Source of the DNA: a virus
Lineage: Duplodnaviria; Heunggongvirae; Uroviricota; Caudoviricetes
DNA: 9,822 bases
Direction: 5' to 3' (one strand)
IMG/VR virus record: IMGVR_UViG_3300015182_000005
Below are positions 1 to 7,438 of the stretch, one piece after another. The translations under genes were made by a program, and so were the position numbers. Position 1 is the stretch's first letter. Every line of letters begins with the position of its first letter. The notes under the pieces are model-generated. The model saw only the letters and a program-made list of their open reading frames with translations, ran no database searches and had not been told where the DNA came from.

Positions 1-2
1 GT

Positions 3-110
3 ATCGATCCGGAAGCGTATCTGCGCCATATCCTGAGCGTACTGCCGGAATGGCCTTCCAACCGAGTTGATGAACTCCTGCCATGGAACGTAGTACTCAC
101 CAATAAATAA
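3..110 (+). CDS. IS66-family transposase, C-terminal fragment (5' end lies outside the window)
   Basis: + strand frame 3 reads IDPEAYLRHILSVLPEWPSNRVDELLPWNVVLTNK then TAA at 108-110. The ...AYL..VL.....NR..ELLPWN ending matches my recollection of IS66-family transposase C-termini. The frame is open to the window edge. Confidence 0.8.
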   Translation: MDPEAYLRHILSVLPEWPSNRVDELLPWNVVLTNK

Positions 111-140
111 GCGTCAATACGGTGCTCCGTTGACGCTTAC
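111..140. repeat. Putative IS66-type terminal inverted repeat (right end), with an internal 9-bp palindrome AAGCGTCAA / TTGACGCTT
   Basis: GCGTCAATACGGTGCTCCGTTGACGCTTAC; outer end is 5'-GTAAGCG on the complementary strand. Exact inner boundary of the repeat cannot be set without the other IS end. Confidence 0.55.
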
Positions 141-3100
141 CCTGACCCCAAGAGAGCCGTCCGCTGCCCGTGTCAGTGGCATGATTGCTTCAGGCCCGGC
201 CTCGCCCATCAACCCGGCCCCCTTCGCAAAAGCAAAATACGTCGGTGTATCCACAATAGTGTTACTGTAAGCACTCAGATTTGCCGATGTGTAAACACCA
301 CCTTTTGCGTTTGCCACTGCCCCCGAAATCCATCCGCCGACCGTACCAAGCCACCCTCCGGCACCGGAGAGTGATTTCAGTCCGTTAACAATGGCTGCAT
401 TCATCAGAATTTTTGAAACTTCCCGGAGAACTGAACTCCCCCAGTTCCTCCAGTCCACAACATTTCCGGCCAGTGCATCGGAAATATTTGATACCAGCCC
501 GTCCATAGTGGAAACGACAGCATCTGCCGCCTGCGAAGCATAATCGGTGGCACTGTCTGCCCAGTTGGTCAGCCCCTCCTGGAGTCCTGCATTCCAGTTA
601 TTACGTAAAGCATCGGCCTTTGCATAATAATCCTGCTGATCGCTGAGACGCTCTTCCAGATATTTTTTATTCAGTTCTTTCTCCTGTTTCCACAGGGCTT
701 CTTCAATTTCTCCGGCCTGATACTGTCTCAGCAGCTCGTTATTTTTCTGCTCAAACTCATGCCGGATACTCCACATTTCCTGGAGTCGTTCACGCATCCG
801 TGAGCCTTCACCATATCCCAGTAACTGCGCGTCGTTAGACGCCCGGGTACTGGCATTACTGTCCGCCAGGCTGCTTTCATACGCAGCAAGCTGCTCACGA
901 ATCTTTTTCTGGTCGATGAGTGCTGCATTCTGCAAAAGCGTTTTTTTCTGCGCTTCTGACAGGGTTGATAATTCGCCCTGACTGACCTGATATTTCATCT
1001 TAGCCAGTTCAGTATTCTGCCCTGCCAGTGCTATCTGTTCTTTTTGCTGTTTAATCAGCCGTTTATAAATATCTTCTGTTTTTTCCGCTTCGGTCTTTTT
1101 ATGCGCTTTGGGTTTATTTGCCTGGTTATTTCGCCAGGCATCCAGTGAGTTATTGATATAATTCTGTCTGGCTGTCTGATACGCCTCTCCCACAAAGCCA
1201 AGATCATCCGCAGCATAGCCCAGTCGAGCACGCTCACGCGCTTCCCCCTTAAGGCGGGACAGAGCCAGTTCGCGCTTGCTGTTATTCAGTGCGGTCTGCT
1301 GTTTATCATCCAGGGTTGCCTGTGGTAGCCGTAACGGTACATTCACCAACCCCTGTCGCTGCTGAAGTAATTCATTACCAAGCCCAAGAAGGCGATTAAA
1401 CTCGGTATGCTGCCCATTCATGATCAACAGGGACTGATACGCTTTGTTTTGTTCCGCCGCCTGTTGACGGATCAACGCAACCCGCCGCTCCTCCAGCCCG
1501 GCAAGCACATCCTGAATGGATTGCGCTTTGCCCTGCATTTGTGTGAGACGGGACTGTTCAACTGCCAGTTGATTTGTTGCTTCTGCAAGCCCTTCTGTGA
1601 CTGTTTTTACCGACGTCATGTGGTTAATCATAAAACCGTTATCGGTTGTCCAGCCCGGGTTTGCCAGCACATACTGATAGCCAGCAATTTTTTCCTGTAA
1701 GGATTTAATCTTACTTTTCTGCTCGTCAATTAACCTGTTTTGCTCATCAAGTGCCTGCCGCGTCTTTTCCTCATTATCTGACGCTTCAGGAAGCGACATT
1801 GCCGACGTTTTCTGGCGAATTTCGTCGATTGTTGCGGCATACTGGCGTGCAGATTCTCTGGCCTGCTCCTGATTCTGATACATCGTGTACCAGGCCGTCG
1901 CCCCCAGCATGACGAGTCCCGGCACACCACCAACCAGCCCCAGCGCACCACTTAACAGACGACTCCCCACTGACGTGACAGTATTCAGCGTTGTCTGCGC
2001 CGCTGTTCTGGCCGCAATATTACGGGTAAGTGACGCCTGAGCAGCTGTCAGCTTCGCTTCTGCTGCGGCCTGCCTTTCGGTACCGCGAGCAGCAACAACC
2101 GCCTGTTGCGCACGATAAACCGCCGCACGCGCTCTGGCGGTTGCTATCTGTGTCCCCCGAAGTTGCGCTTCAGCAAGAGCCACTTCGTTTCTGGCTGCAG
2201 TAATTAATCCGGCAGTTGCAGATCCAGCAGACGACGCCATATTGCCAAAATATCGGGCTACCCCGACGGCAACCAGTGCGCCAGCTGCAGCAGCCACGGT
2301 ATCAATATTGTCTGCAACACCATTCAGCACACCGGAGAGTGTCTTTGTCACTCCGCTTGCCTCGTTCGCACCACCAACCCAGGCCATAAAGGCGTTTTCA
2401 ACTTTGGTTGCAGAGGATGAAACAGTATCAGGCATTGCTGCATATTCATCACGCAACGCCCCAAGCTGACTAATCAGTGCAGGAACAACCTTATCGGCGG
2501 TCAGTTTTCCGTTATCCGCCATGGCCTTCAGATCCTTACGGGCAACCCCCATTCCCGCAGCCAGCGCACGAATAACACGATCGCCGTTCTCATTCACCGA
2601 GTTAAACTCTTCACCGCGCAGCACTCCCTGCGCCAGTGCCTGACTGAACTGCATGATCACCGAACTGGCTTCTGCTGTACTGGCACCGGATAATTTCAGG
2701 CCCGTGGAGATCGCCTCGGTGACTTTCAGTACCTCCTCAGAACTGTAACCATACTCCCGCATGGAAGCTGCAGAACGGGCAAAAAGGCTGGCGTTATCAG
2801 AAAACGCCGTCCCCGTTCTCTGGCTGATCGCCATTAATTCACGCTGTGATGCCTGAAAATCATCACTGGACTGTGAGGCCTGCTTCAGACGGGCATTTAC
2901 TGAATTCCACTCATCGGCGAGAGAAATAAGATGACCGGTAGCAAAAGCCCCGGCAAATGCCCCCGCCATATTCAGTGCCGAAGATTTAGCTGTATTTATC
3001 TGATCCGTCACTTCTGCCAGTGCACGCCGCATTTCACGGGAGGCAGCAGCAGACTGTTGGCCTCCGTTCTGCATGGTGCGGTAGTAATCCTGCCCCATAC

Positions 3101-3185
3101 GCGAAGCCCGGGAGATCTCTGACTGGAATGACCGGGAGTTTGCCGAGATTTTAATAATCAGTTCACGTAATGTCGCCACACTCAT
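114..3185 (-). CDS. Tail tape measure protein (lambda gpH-like), 1023 aa as it stands; the last 8 codons and the stop are IS-derived, so the native C-terminus is probably missing
   Basis: Long ORF directly downstream of the G/GT chaperone pair. Ala/Gln-rich coiled-coil middle section, hydrophobic glycine-rich segments, and a C-terminal region (NWADSATDYASQ ... GEAGPEAIMPL) resembling the lambda H C-terminal region. Codons 140..117 (VSVNGAPY) and the TGA at 116..114 lie inside the IS terminus. Confidence 0.88.
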   Translation of the reverse strand: MSVATLRELIIKISANSRSFQSEISRASRMGQDYYRTMQNGGQQSAAASREMRRALAEVTDQINTAKSSALNMAGAFAGAFATGHLISLADEWNSVNARLKQASQSSDDFQASQRELMAISQRTGTAFSDNASLFARSAASMREYGYSSEEVLKVTEAISTGLKLSGASTAEASSVIMQFSQALAQGVLRGEEFNSVNENGDRVIRALAAGMGVARKDLKAMADNGKLTADKVVPALISQLGALRDEYAAMPDTVSSSATKVENAFMAWVGGANEASGVTKTLSGVLNGVADNIDTVAAAAGALVAVGVARYFGNMASSAGSATAGLITAARNEVALAEAQLRGTQIATARARAAVYRAQQAVVAARGTERQAAAEAKLTAAQASLTRNIAARTAAQTTLNTVTSVGSRLLSGALGLVGGVPGLVMLGATAWYTMYQNQEQARESARQYAATIDEIRQKTSAMSLPEASDNEEKTRQALDEQNRLIDEQKSKIKSLQEKIAGYQYVLANPGWTTDNGFMINHMTSVKTVTEGLAEATNQLAVEQSRLTQMQGKAQSIQDVLAGLEERRVALIRQQAAEQNKAYQSLLIMNGQHTEFNRLLGLGNELLQQRQGLVNVPLRLPQATLDDKQQTALNNSKRELALSRLKGEARERARLGYAADDLGFVGEAYQTARQNYINNSLDAWRNNQANKPKAHKKTEAEKTEDIYKRLIKQQKEQIALAGQNTELAKMKYQVSQGELSTLSEAQKKTLLQNAALIDQKKIREQLAAYESSLADSNASTRASNDAQLLGYGEGSRMRERLQEMWSIRHEFEQKNNELLRQYQAGEIEEALWKQEKELNKKYLEERLSDQQDYYAKADALRNNWNAGLQEGLTNWADSATDYASQAADAVVSTMDGLVSNISDALAGNVVDWRNWGSSVLREVSKILMNAAIVNGLKSLSGAGGWLGTVGGWISGAVANAKGGVYTSANLSAYSNTIVDTPTYFAFAKGAGLMGEAGPEAIMPLTRAADGSLGVRVSVNGAPY

Positions 3186-3195
3186 TCTCCGGACG

Positions 3196-3217
3196 AAAAA
3201 AAACCGCCGAAGCGGTT
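3196..3217 (-). terminator. Intrinsic-terminator-like hairpin plus U8 between GT and the tape measure gene
   Basis: Minus-strand RNA AACCGCUUCGGCGGUU followed by UUUUUUUU (A-run at + 3196-3203), then CGUCCGGAGA and the ATG at 3185. Confidence 0.55.
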
Positions 3218-3225
3218 ATGTTGAC

Positions 3226-3914
3226 TCACTGAGACACTATTAAAAGCGCGTTTTCCAGTCCGGCAAATGGATCTGAAGCGCCTTCTGTCTGCTCCTTCTC
3301 CCACTGAAGAAGCGCATCATTCAGTGACACTTTGACCCCCTGCGCACCGTAAATAGCTGAAACAATCTGGGCAGCCCGGAAATCAGCCCGTTCGTCCCCC
3401 AGCGGGCTGAACCTGTCAAATTCTGCCCACATCATGATTTCTGATGCGGACATTTCCCGGCGTAACTCTGACAATGTGCGCCCCATCCTGAGCGCCAGCA
3501 TCATCAGAAAACGCATCCCCGGAAGCGCTACTTTTTTTTAACCTCGCCGGCATCACTGATCAGTTCCAGAGACTGCCGAAGAAGCCGCGCATGCACCGGG
3601 CCATACACGGCAATCACCTGTTCACGATCATCCTCTGAAAATACGGGTTGCAGTCCGGTATCACACAGAACATCAATGAACAGTTCAACATCTGCCTCCA
3701 GATTTCGGCGGGCGCGCTCCGCAACGGATAACGGTGTCTCATCATCTTTTGCTTTAACGATCTCCTGCCAGCGCAACCAGGCTTCTGCAGAAGGTTCCCG
3801 TAACACAACCGTTGCTCCCTCCCATTCAGGCACATCAACGGTTTTATGGCGAAACCCCGACATCGTTGCCAGTGCCAGATTACGGATATTTTTAGTCATC
3901 ACATCCATCCTCAT
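3226..3914 (-). CDS. Tail assembly chaperone GT-like fusion made by -1 programmed frameshift (G frame 3914..3531, then -1 frame 3537..3226)
   Basis: G ORF ends ...GEVKKK-stop on the run GTT AAA AAA AAG TAG. The -1 frame is open from 3537 and continues (VALPGMRFLMM...) to TGA at 3226. Position directly upstream of the tape measure gene matches the conserved G/GT arrangement. Confidence 0.7.
3528..3914 (-). CDS. Tail assembly chaperone (lambda gpG-like), 128 aa
   Basis: ORF between the major tail gene and the tape measure gene. Start ATG overlaps the major tail stop (TAATG); an alternative start at 3899 has GAGG 9 nt upstream. Ends in the slippery A-run. Confidence 0.75.
   Translation of the reverse strand: MRMDVMTKNIRNLALATMSGFRHKTVDVPEWEGATVVLREPSAEAWLRWQEIVKAKDDETPLSVAERARRNLEADVELFIDVLCDTGLQPVFSEDDREQVIAVYGPVHARLLRQSLELISDAGEVKKK
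3531..3537 (-). promoter_or_regulatory. -1 ribosomal frameshift slippery heptamer A AAA AAG (the dnaX-type site)
   Basis: Minus strand 3537..3531 = AAAAAAG in the X XXY YYZ register of the G frame, 1 codon before the G stop. The -1 frame downstream is open for more than 100 codons. Confidence 0.65.
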
Positions 3915-4618
3915 TAACTGACGGTTACAGTGCAGGAAGTGGAGGTCACTTTGTTAACCGGGCTCGCTGAATCAGAAATCTCGCAGGTATACGCACCGGC
4001 ATCACCGGATGCTGCTGATGCCTTACTGAACGTTGCCGCCGTCTGTCCGGAAACAGGAGAACCACCTTTTTTCCAGGCATAAGAATAAGGCGGCACACCA
4101 CCCACAGCCTCAACCGCCATTTCAAGTTTCGCTCCGGAAGCAACCCGCAGCGTGCTTTTTAAATCGACCTTCACTTTCAGCTGCTCTGTCGTCAGCACAG
4201 GCTTACCTTTCAGGCGCAGAGAAAACGTTGCAGCCACAACACCATTGGTTCCTGCAGACCAGGTATGCTGACGCACCTCTGCCATAAAGGTAAATCCGTT
4301 GCCTGACGGAAAAATAACTTTAAAGCCATACGTGGTGTCATTGTCATAGGCACTGCGCAACGCGTTCTGGGCAGCATTCAGATAAAAGTTGCCTGACATG
4401 GAAATCTCTGAAGCAGCCCCAAGACCGTTAATATTTTCCTGCTCAACAGAATACAGCGTGGTGACATCAATATCCTGCTTTTGTCCTGCGGTAAACTGCA
4501 CCTCTTTGATTGTACAGCTCAGGCCAAGATAGCTGGCAGAATCCAGGGTTTCTGCTGTTACCGGTGCAGACGAAATCATAATTTTCGTCAGTTGCGAACG
4601 CTCAAAATTAGAGGACAT
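3914..4618 (-). CDS. Major tail protein with C-terminal Ig-like domain, 234 aa
   Basis: Position immediately upstream of the chaperone pair. AGGAG 6 nt before the ATG. C-terminal ~85 aa (GGVPPYSYAWKKGGSPVSGQTAATF...GAYTCEISDSASPV...CTVTVS) has the pattern of phage Ig-like domains. Confidence 0.8.
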   Translation of the reverse strand: MSSNFERSQLTKIMISSAPVTAETLDSASYLGLSCTIKEVQFTAGQKQDIDVTTLYSVEQENINGLGAASEISMSGNFYLNAAQNALRSAYDNDTTYGFKVIFPSGNGFTFMAEVRQHTWSAGTNGVVAATFSLRLKGKPVLTTEQLKVKVDLKSTLRVASGAKLEMAVEAVGGVPPYSYAWKKGGSPVSGQTAATFSKASAASGDAGAYTCEISDSASPVNKVTSTSCTVTVS

Positions 4619-4630
4619 ACTCGTCTCCTG

Positions 4631-4657
4631 AAAATAAAAAAACCCGCCAGCGGCGGG
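4631..4657 (-). terminator. Intrinsic-terminator-like hairpin plus U-tract between the tail completion gene and the major tail gene
   Basis: Minus-strand RNA CCCGCC-GCU-GGCGGG followed by UUUUUUUAUUUU, then CAGGAGACGAGU and the ATG at 4618. Confidence 0.6.
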
Positions 4658-4678
4658 TGGGTAAAATCATTAATGACC

Positions 4679-5023
4679 TCAGGCTATTACCTGGAATTCA
4701 AGCGTGGCTCTGCTCAGACGGGAGTCAGGATCATAACCCTGCGTTTTAGAAATAACGGAGGGTGCCAGTTTTCTTACCGCATCAAGCGCCTGCTCACGAA
4801 TATTATCTGCGTCATCAGGTACTGTCGCCCAGACATCGATCTGCACGGTAATTCTGGATTCAGCCTGCCCATCAAGCACATCAGATACCGTGTCAGACAC
4901 CACAGAAAACACCAGCCACGGCGGAGATACTGCAGGCTTTCCCTCCGTCAGCGGGACCACATAAGGATAAACCTGTCCTCCGGCCAGCTGAGACAACAGG
5001 GAATACAGTGTGCCCTCCCTCAT
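4679..5023 (-). CDS. Tail completion / tail component protein (DUF3168-like), 114 aa
   Basis: Position between the gp10-like gene and the major tail gene; sequence pattern resembles the DUF3168 family by recall. Start overlaps the upstream stop by 4 nt. Confidence 0.6.
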   Translation of the reverse strand: MREGTLYSLLSQLAGGQVYPYVVPLTEGKPAVSPPWLVFSVVSDTVSDVLDGQAESRITVQIDVWATVPDDADNIREQALDAVRKLAPSVISKTQGYDPDSRLSRATLEFQVIA

Positions 5024-5469
5024 TTACTTAAGACCTCATCAATAGCCTGATTCATTCGCTGTATGGCAACCTGCGCCGCCAGCTCCTCTGTCGTATCGAA
5101 AGCCGGGCGAATGAATGGATGCGCGGGCATGTTTATCGTTCCCAGCTCCACAAAGCGCCAGTAAAATGCATTTCGGGGATCGCTGGCTTTCATGCTGTTA
5201 TCACTGTTTCCGGTTCGCAGGTTCCGTCCGCGAATGTGGACACCCGAGATAATTTCCCCCCGACGCTTTGAACGCTGAGTGAGAACAACCACATTTTTCT
5301 TCAGTTTCCCGGTTCGCTCCGGCGCACGTTCAACAACTGCATCCCGCATAACTTCAGCACCGGCACGGGTGGCATCGCGCAGAACCTTATTGTTTTCTGC
5401 CCTGCTGAGCGTCTCCAAATCCCGTGCAATATCCGCCAGGCCGGAAAAATCAAGACTGAAATCCATCAC
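5020..5469 (-). CDS. HK97 gp10-like head-tail joining / tail component protein, 149 aa
   Basis: Contains ...GTINMPAHPFIRPA..., similar to the MPARPF-type motif I associate with the HK97 gp10 family. Syntenic position; start overlaps the upstream stop. Confidence 0.65.
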   Translation of the reverse strand: MMDFSLDFSGLADIARDLETLSRAENNKVLRDATRAGAEVMRDAVVERAPERTGKLKKNVVVLTQRSKRRGEIISGVHIRGRNLRTGNSDNSMKASDPRNAFYWRFVELGTINMPAHPFIRPAFDTTEELAAQVAIQRMNQAIDEVLSK

Positions 5470-5804
5470 ACATTCCCCTTCAGGCTGCAGAGTATTTCAA
5501 GCCGGGTAGCGCGTGCATCCGGTATTGGTGGACCTTCTATACCCAGAATGGCCCCTTTAAATGCACCGGTCAGCACTTTCAGACGTGAAGTCGCTGTCAC
5601 ATCGCGCCGGAATCTCATCCAGACTCTGACCGTAGCCTGAGCGGTTTCTGCTCCGCCTGAGATTATCTCCCTCCCGCTGATACCCTTAACTTCTGCCCAT
5701 ACGGTAGCTCCCTCCGTCACCGTCTCCACCGGATGCCCTGACGGAGAGCGGGCGGTGGTGACATTCAGAATAATTACGCGATCACGTAATCTGCCCGCCT
5801 GCAT
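5466..5804 (-). CDS. Head-tail adaptor / head closure protein (Phage_H_T_join-like), 112 aa
   Basis: RLRDRVII...VWAEVKGISGREI...VRVWMRFRRDV... pattern typical of phage head-tail joining proteins. Strong GGAGGAG between the upstream stop and the ATG. Confidence 0.65.
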   Translation of the reverse strand: MQAGRLRDRVIILNVTTARSPSGHPVETVTEGATVWAEVKGISGREIISGGAETAQATVRVWMRFRRDVTATSRLKVLTGAFKGAILGIEGPPIPDARATRLEILCSLKGNV

Positions 5805-5812
5805 GTCTCCTC

Positions 5813-6130
5813 CTACAAAGGAATAAAACGATAAGGCTCCAGCAGAGAAGAAAAACCAAACGGGACTGGTGCCTTACTGACATCTGAGGAATTTTCCCGG
5901 TTTTCGCACCAGTGCCCGACCAGCAACATGAGCGCCAGCAAAACATCATCAGCTATAAGCACCCCTTCAGGATCACCTTCCGGCACCGTCTCCTCATAAA
6001 GCTTACGGTTGATAAAATTTTCTGCCTTGCGGCAGGCAGCCCGGAAATACAGCATCAGTAACTCATCATCAGTTGCATCATCTGTATCAATACGGCACTG
6101 CGCCCTGAGTTTTTCCACTATTGCTGCCAT
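5813..6130 (-). CDS. Head-tail connector protein (phage gp6-like), 105 aa from the ATG at 6130
   Basis: MAAIVEKLRAQCRIDTDDATDDELLMLYFRAA... resembles gp6-like connector N-termini. AGGAG 6 nt upstream of the ATG at 6130. The longer 165-aa ORF in the track would overlap the capsid gene by 104 nt and has no ribosome-binding site. Confidence 0.7.
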   Translation of the reverse strand: MAAIVEKLRAQCRIDTDDATDDELLMLYFRAACRKAENFINRKLYEETVPEGDPEGVLIADDVLLALMLLVGHWCENRENSSDVSKAPVPFGFSSLLEPYRFIPL

Positions 6131-6163
6131 CAGAAACTCCTGCCCGCAACACTGTGCGGGCAT

Positions 6164-6185
6164 AAAAAAACCGCGTCGGCGCGGT
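6164..6185 (-). terminator. Intrinsic-terminator-like hairpin plus U7 immediately downstream of the major capsid gene
   Basis: Minus-strand RNA ACCGCG-CCGA-CGCGGU followed by UUUUUUU. A second hairpin GCCCGCA-CAGUGU-UGCGGGC at 6141-6160 abuts the connector AGGAG. Confidence 0.6.
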
Positions 6186-6206
6186 CTGTAACTGAACAAC
6201 GAGTGG

Positions 6207-7424
6207 TTATTTGCCAGTGAGCGCCTTGATGGCTGCCACATCTTCCAGCACACAGTCAAAACGATGGAAAGCCAGAAATGCCACCTGATCAAACTCAGCA
6301 TAACGCTCAACCAGACGTTTCAGTTCCATATAAGTAACGCGGCGAATGATAAAGCGGTTGAAATCCCCCAGGAAAATGAATTTTTTTCCAGTACCAATCC
6401 CGTCAATAGCCTGATCAATAACATAAGGGATCCCCAGCACAGTAGCCGGCGTACCGCCTGCAATATCCGGCAGCCATAACGGGCGTTTCTGTCCATCCTC
6501 CATCTCTTCAATAGTCTGCAATGTGGCATCATTGAATGCCCAGCGGTATTTCGGCCCACCACGATATGCCGGATCAATGGCATGTTTCAGGGCATTCATT
6601 TCTTTCCAGGTGAAAGCGGCAGAGGCTGCAGTCTGGATGGTTCCCGTCACCGACGCTGCCAGCCCTTTTGGCTGTAACGGTGATCCCGTTCCGGTCCCCT
6701 GAACCAGATATTTTGCCTCTCCACGACCAATACGCTGGGCAATACGGTTTGCCAGATAAGATTCAATATCCACCCCACTGTCCTGGAGCAGCTCATTGGA
6801 CACACGAATTATTTTTGATGACAGCTTTTTAGCCCCCAGAATAGCGGTCCCGAACGTCACATCCTGTTCCGTTGCGGCTGTATTTTCCGCCAGCAGTTCG
6901 CCCTCTTCAGTCGTGCCATCAGACGTTGACCAGGTGATATCCTGCCCGGTTGATGTGGTCAGAAGTTGCGCCACACTGGCAATCCCGCCATAAGCCTTCA
7001 TGGTGTCAATGATTTTGTTACGCATCTGCGTGGGCACCGTATATCCGCCCTGAGAATCCGTTGTTACACTCTGAGCCCGCAGTTCACGCATCAGATTACG
7101 CTCTTCAGCATTCAGTTCTGCAAATCCGGCACGCAGAAAACGGTTAAATGCCGCAGCACGCTTCTCTTCCACCGCCTTTTTCCCGTTCTCCGCCTCATTA
7201 TTCTGGCGCTCTTCCGGCCCGGACTCATCCACATATGCCTGATCCTGACGGCGCAACTCTTCTTCACGGGCGATTTGCTCATCCAGCGCATCCAGCTCAG
7301 CTTTCGCCCTGTTCCACTCAGCCCGTTGCTCATCAGTCCATGCGTTATCACCAATTTTTTCATGCAGTGCACGCATATCCTTTGCAATGGTGTTTCGTTT
7401 TTGCTTCATCTCATGAAGTTTCAT
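6207..7424 (-). CDS. Major capsid protein, HK97 fold, with N-terminal delta (scaffolding) domain, 405 aa
   Basis: Immediately follows the prohead protease with no scaffold gene. First ~115 aa are a highly charged coiled-coil-like region (delta-domain-like), followed by a capsid-like body. Confidence 0.88.
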   Translation of the reverse strand: MKLHEMKQKRNTIAKDMRALHEKIGDNAWTDEQRAEWNRAKAELDALDEQIAREEELRRQDQAYVDESGPEERQNNEAENGKKAVEEKRAAAFNRFLRAGFAELNAEERNLMRELRAQSVTTDSQGGYTVPTQMRNKIIDTMKAYGGIASVAQLLTTSTGQDITWSTSDGTTEEGELLAENTAATEQDVTFGTAILGAKKLSSKIIRVSNELLQDSGVDIESYLANRIAQRIGRGEAKYLVQGTGTGSPLQPKGLAASVTGTIQTAASAAFTWKEMNALKHAIDPAYRGGPKYRWAFNDATLQTIEEMEDGQKRPLWLPDIAGGTPATVLGIPYVIDQAIDGIGTGKKFIFLGDFNRFIIRRVTYMELKRLVERYAEFDQVAFLAFHRFDCVLEDVAAIKALTGK

Positions 7425-7438
7425 CGTCAGTAGTATCC

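Larger units (their letters stand above)
1..140 (+). mobile_element. Right end of an IS66-family insertion sequence (partial; continues left of the window)
   Basis: Transposase C-terminus is followed 30 bp later by a terminus ...GACGCTTAC at 140, whose reverse complement GTAAGCG... is the IS66-family terminal repeat signature. Sequence from 141 onward is phage tape measure coding sequence. Confidence 0.72.

Noticed and set aside
1-116. Tape measure reading frame stays open past its TGA to the window edge (possible readthrough extension)
   Set aside because: That stretch is the antisense of the IS66 transposase C-terminus. The open frame is best explained as a chance antisense frame inside the IS, not as evidence of stop-codon readthrough.
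3491-3540. AGCGCT palindrome and T9 run on the + strand, considered as a + strand terminator or a frameshift-stimulating stem
   Set aside because: The T-run is the antisense of the slippery A-run. AGCGCT is self-complementary with no loop, and the only downstream pairing (AGCGC with GCGCU, 29-nt loop) is too weak to call by eye.
5813-6310. The 165-aa long form of the connector ORF starting at 6310
   Set aside because: It would overlap the capsid gene by 104 nt and pass through the terminator hairpin. The ATG at 6130 has a canonical AGGAG with 6-nt spacing, and the protein from there begins with the expected connector-like sequence.
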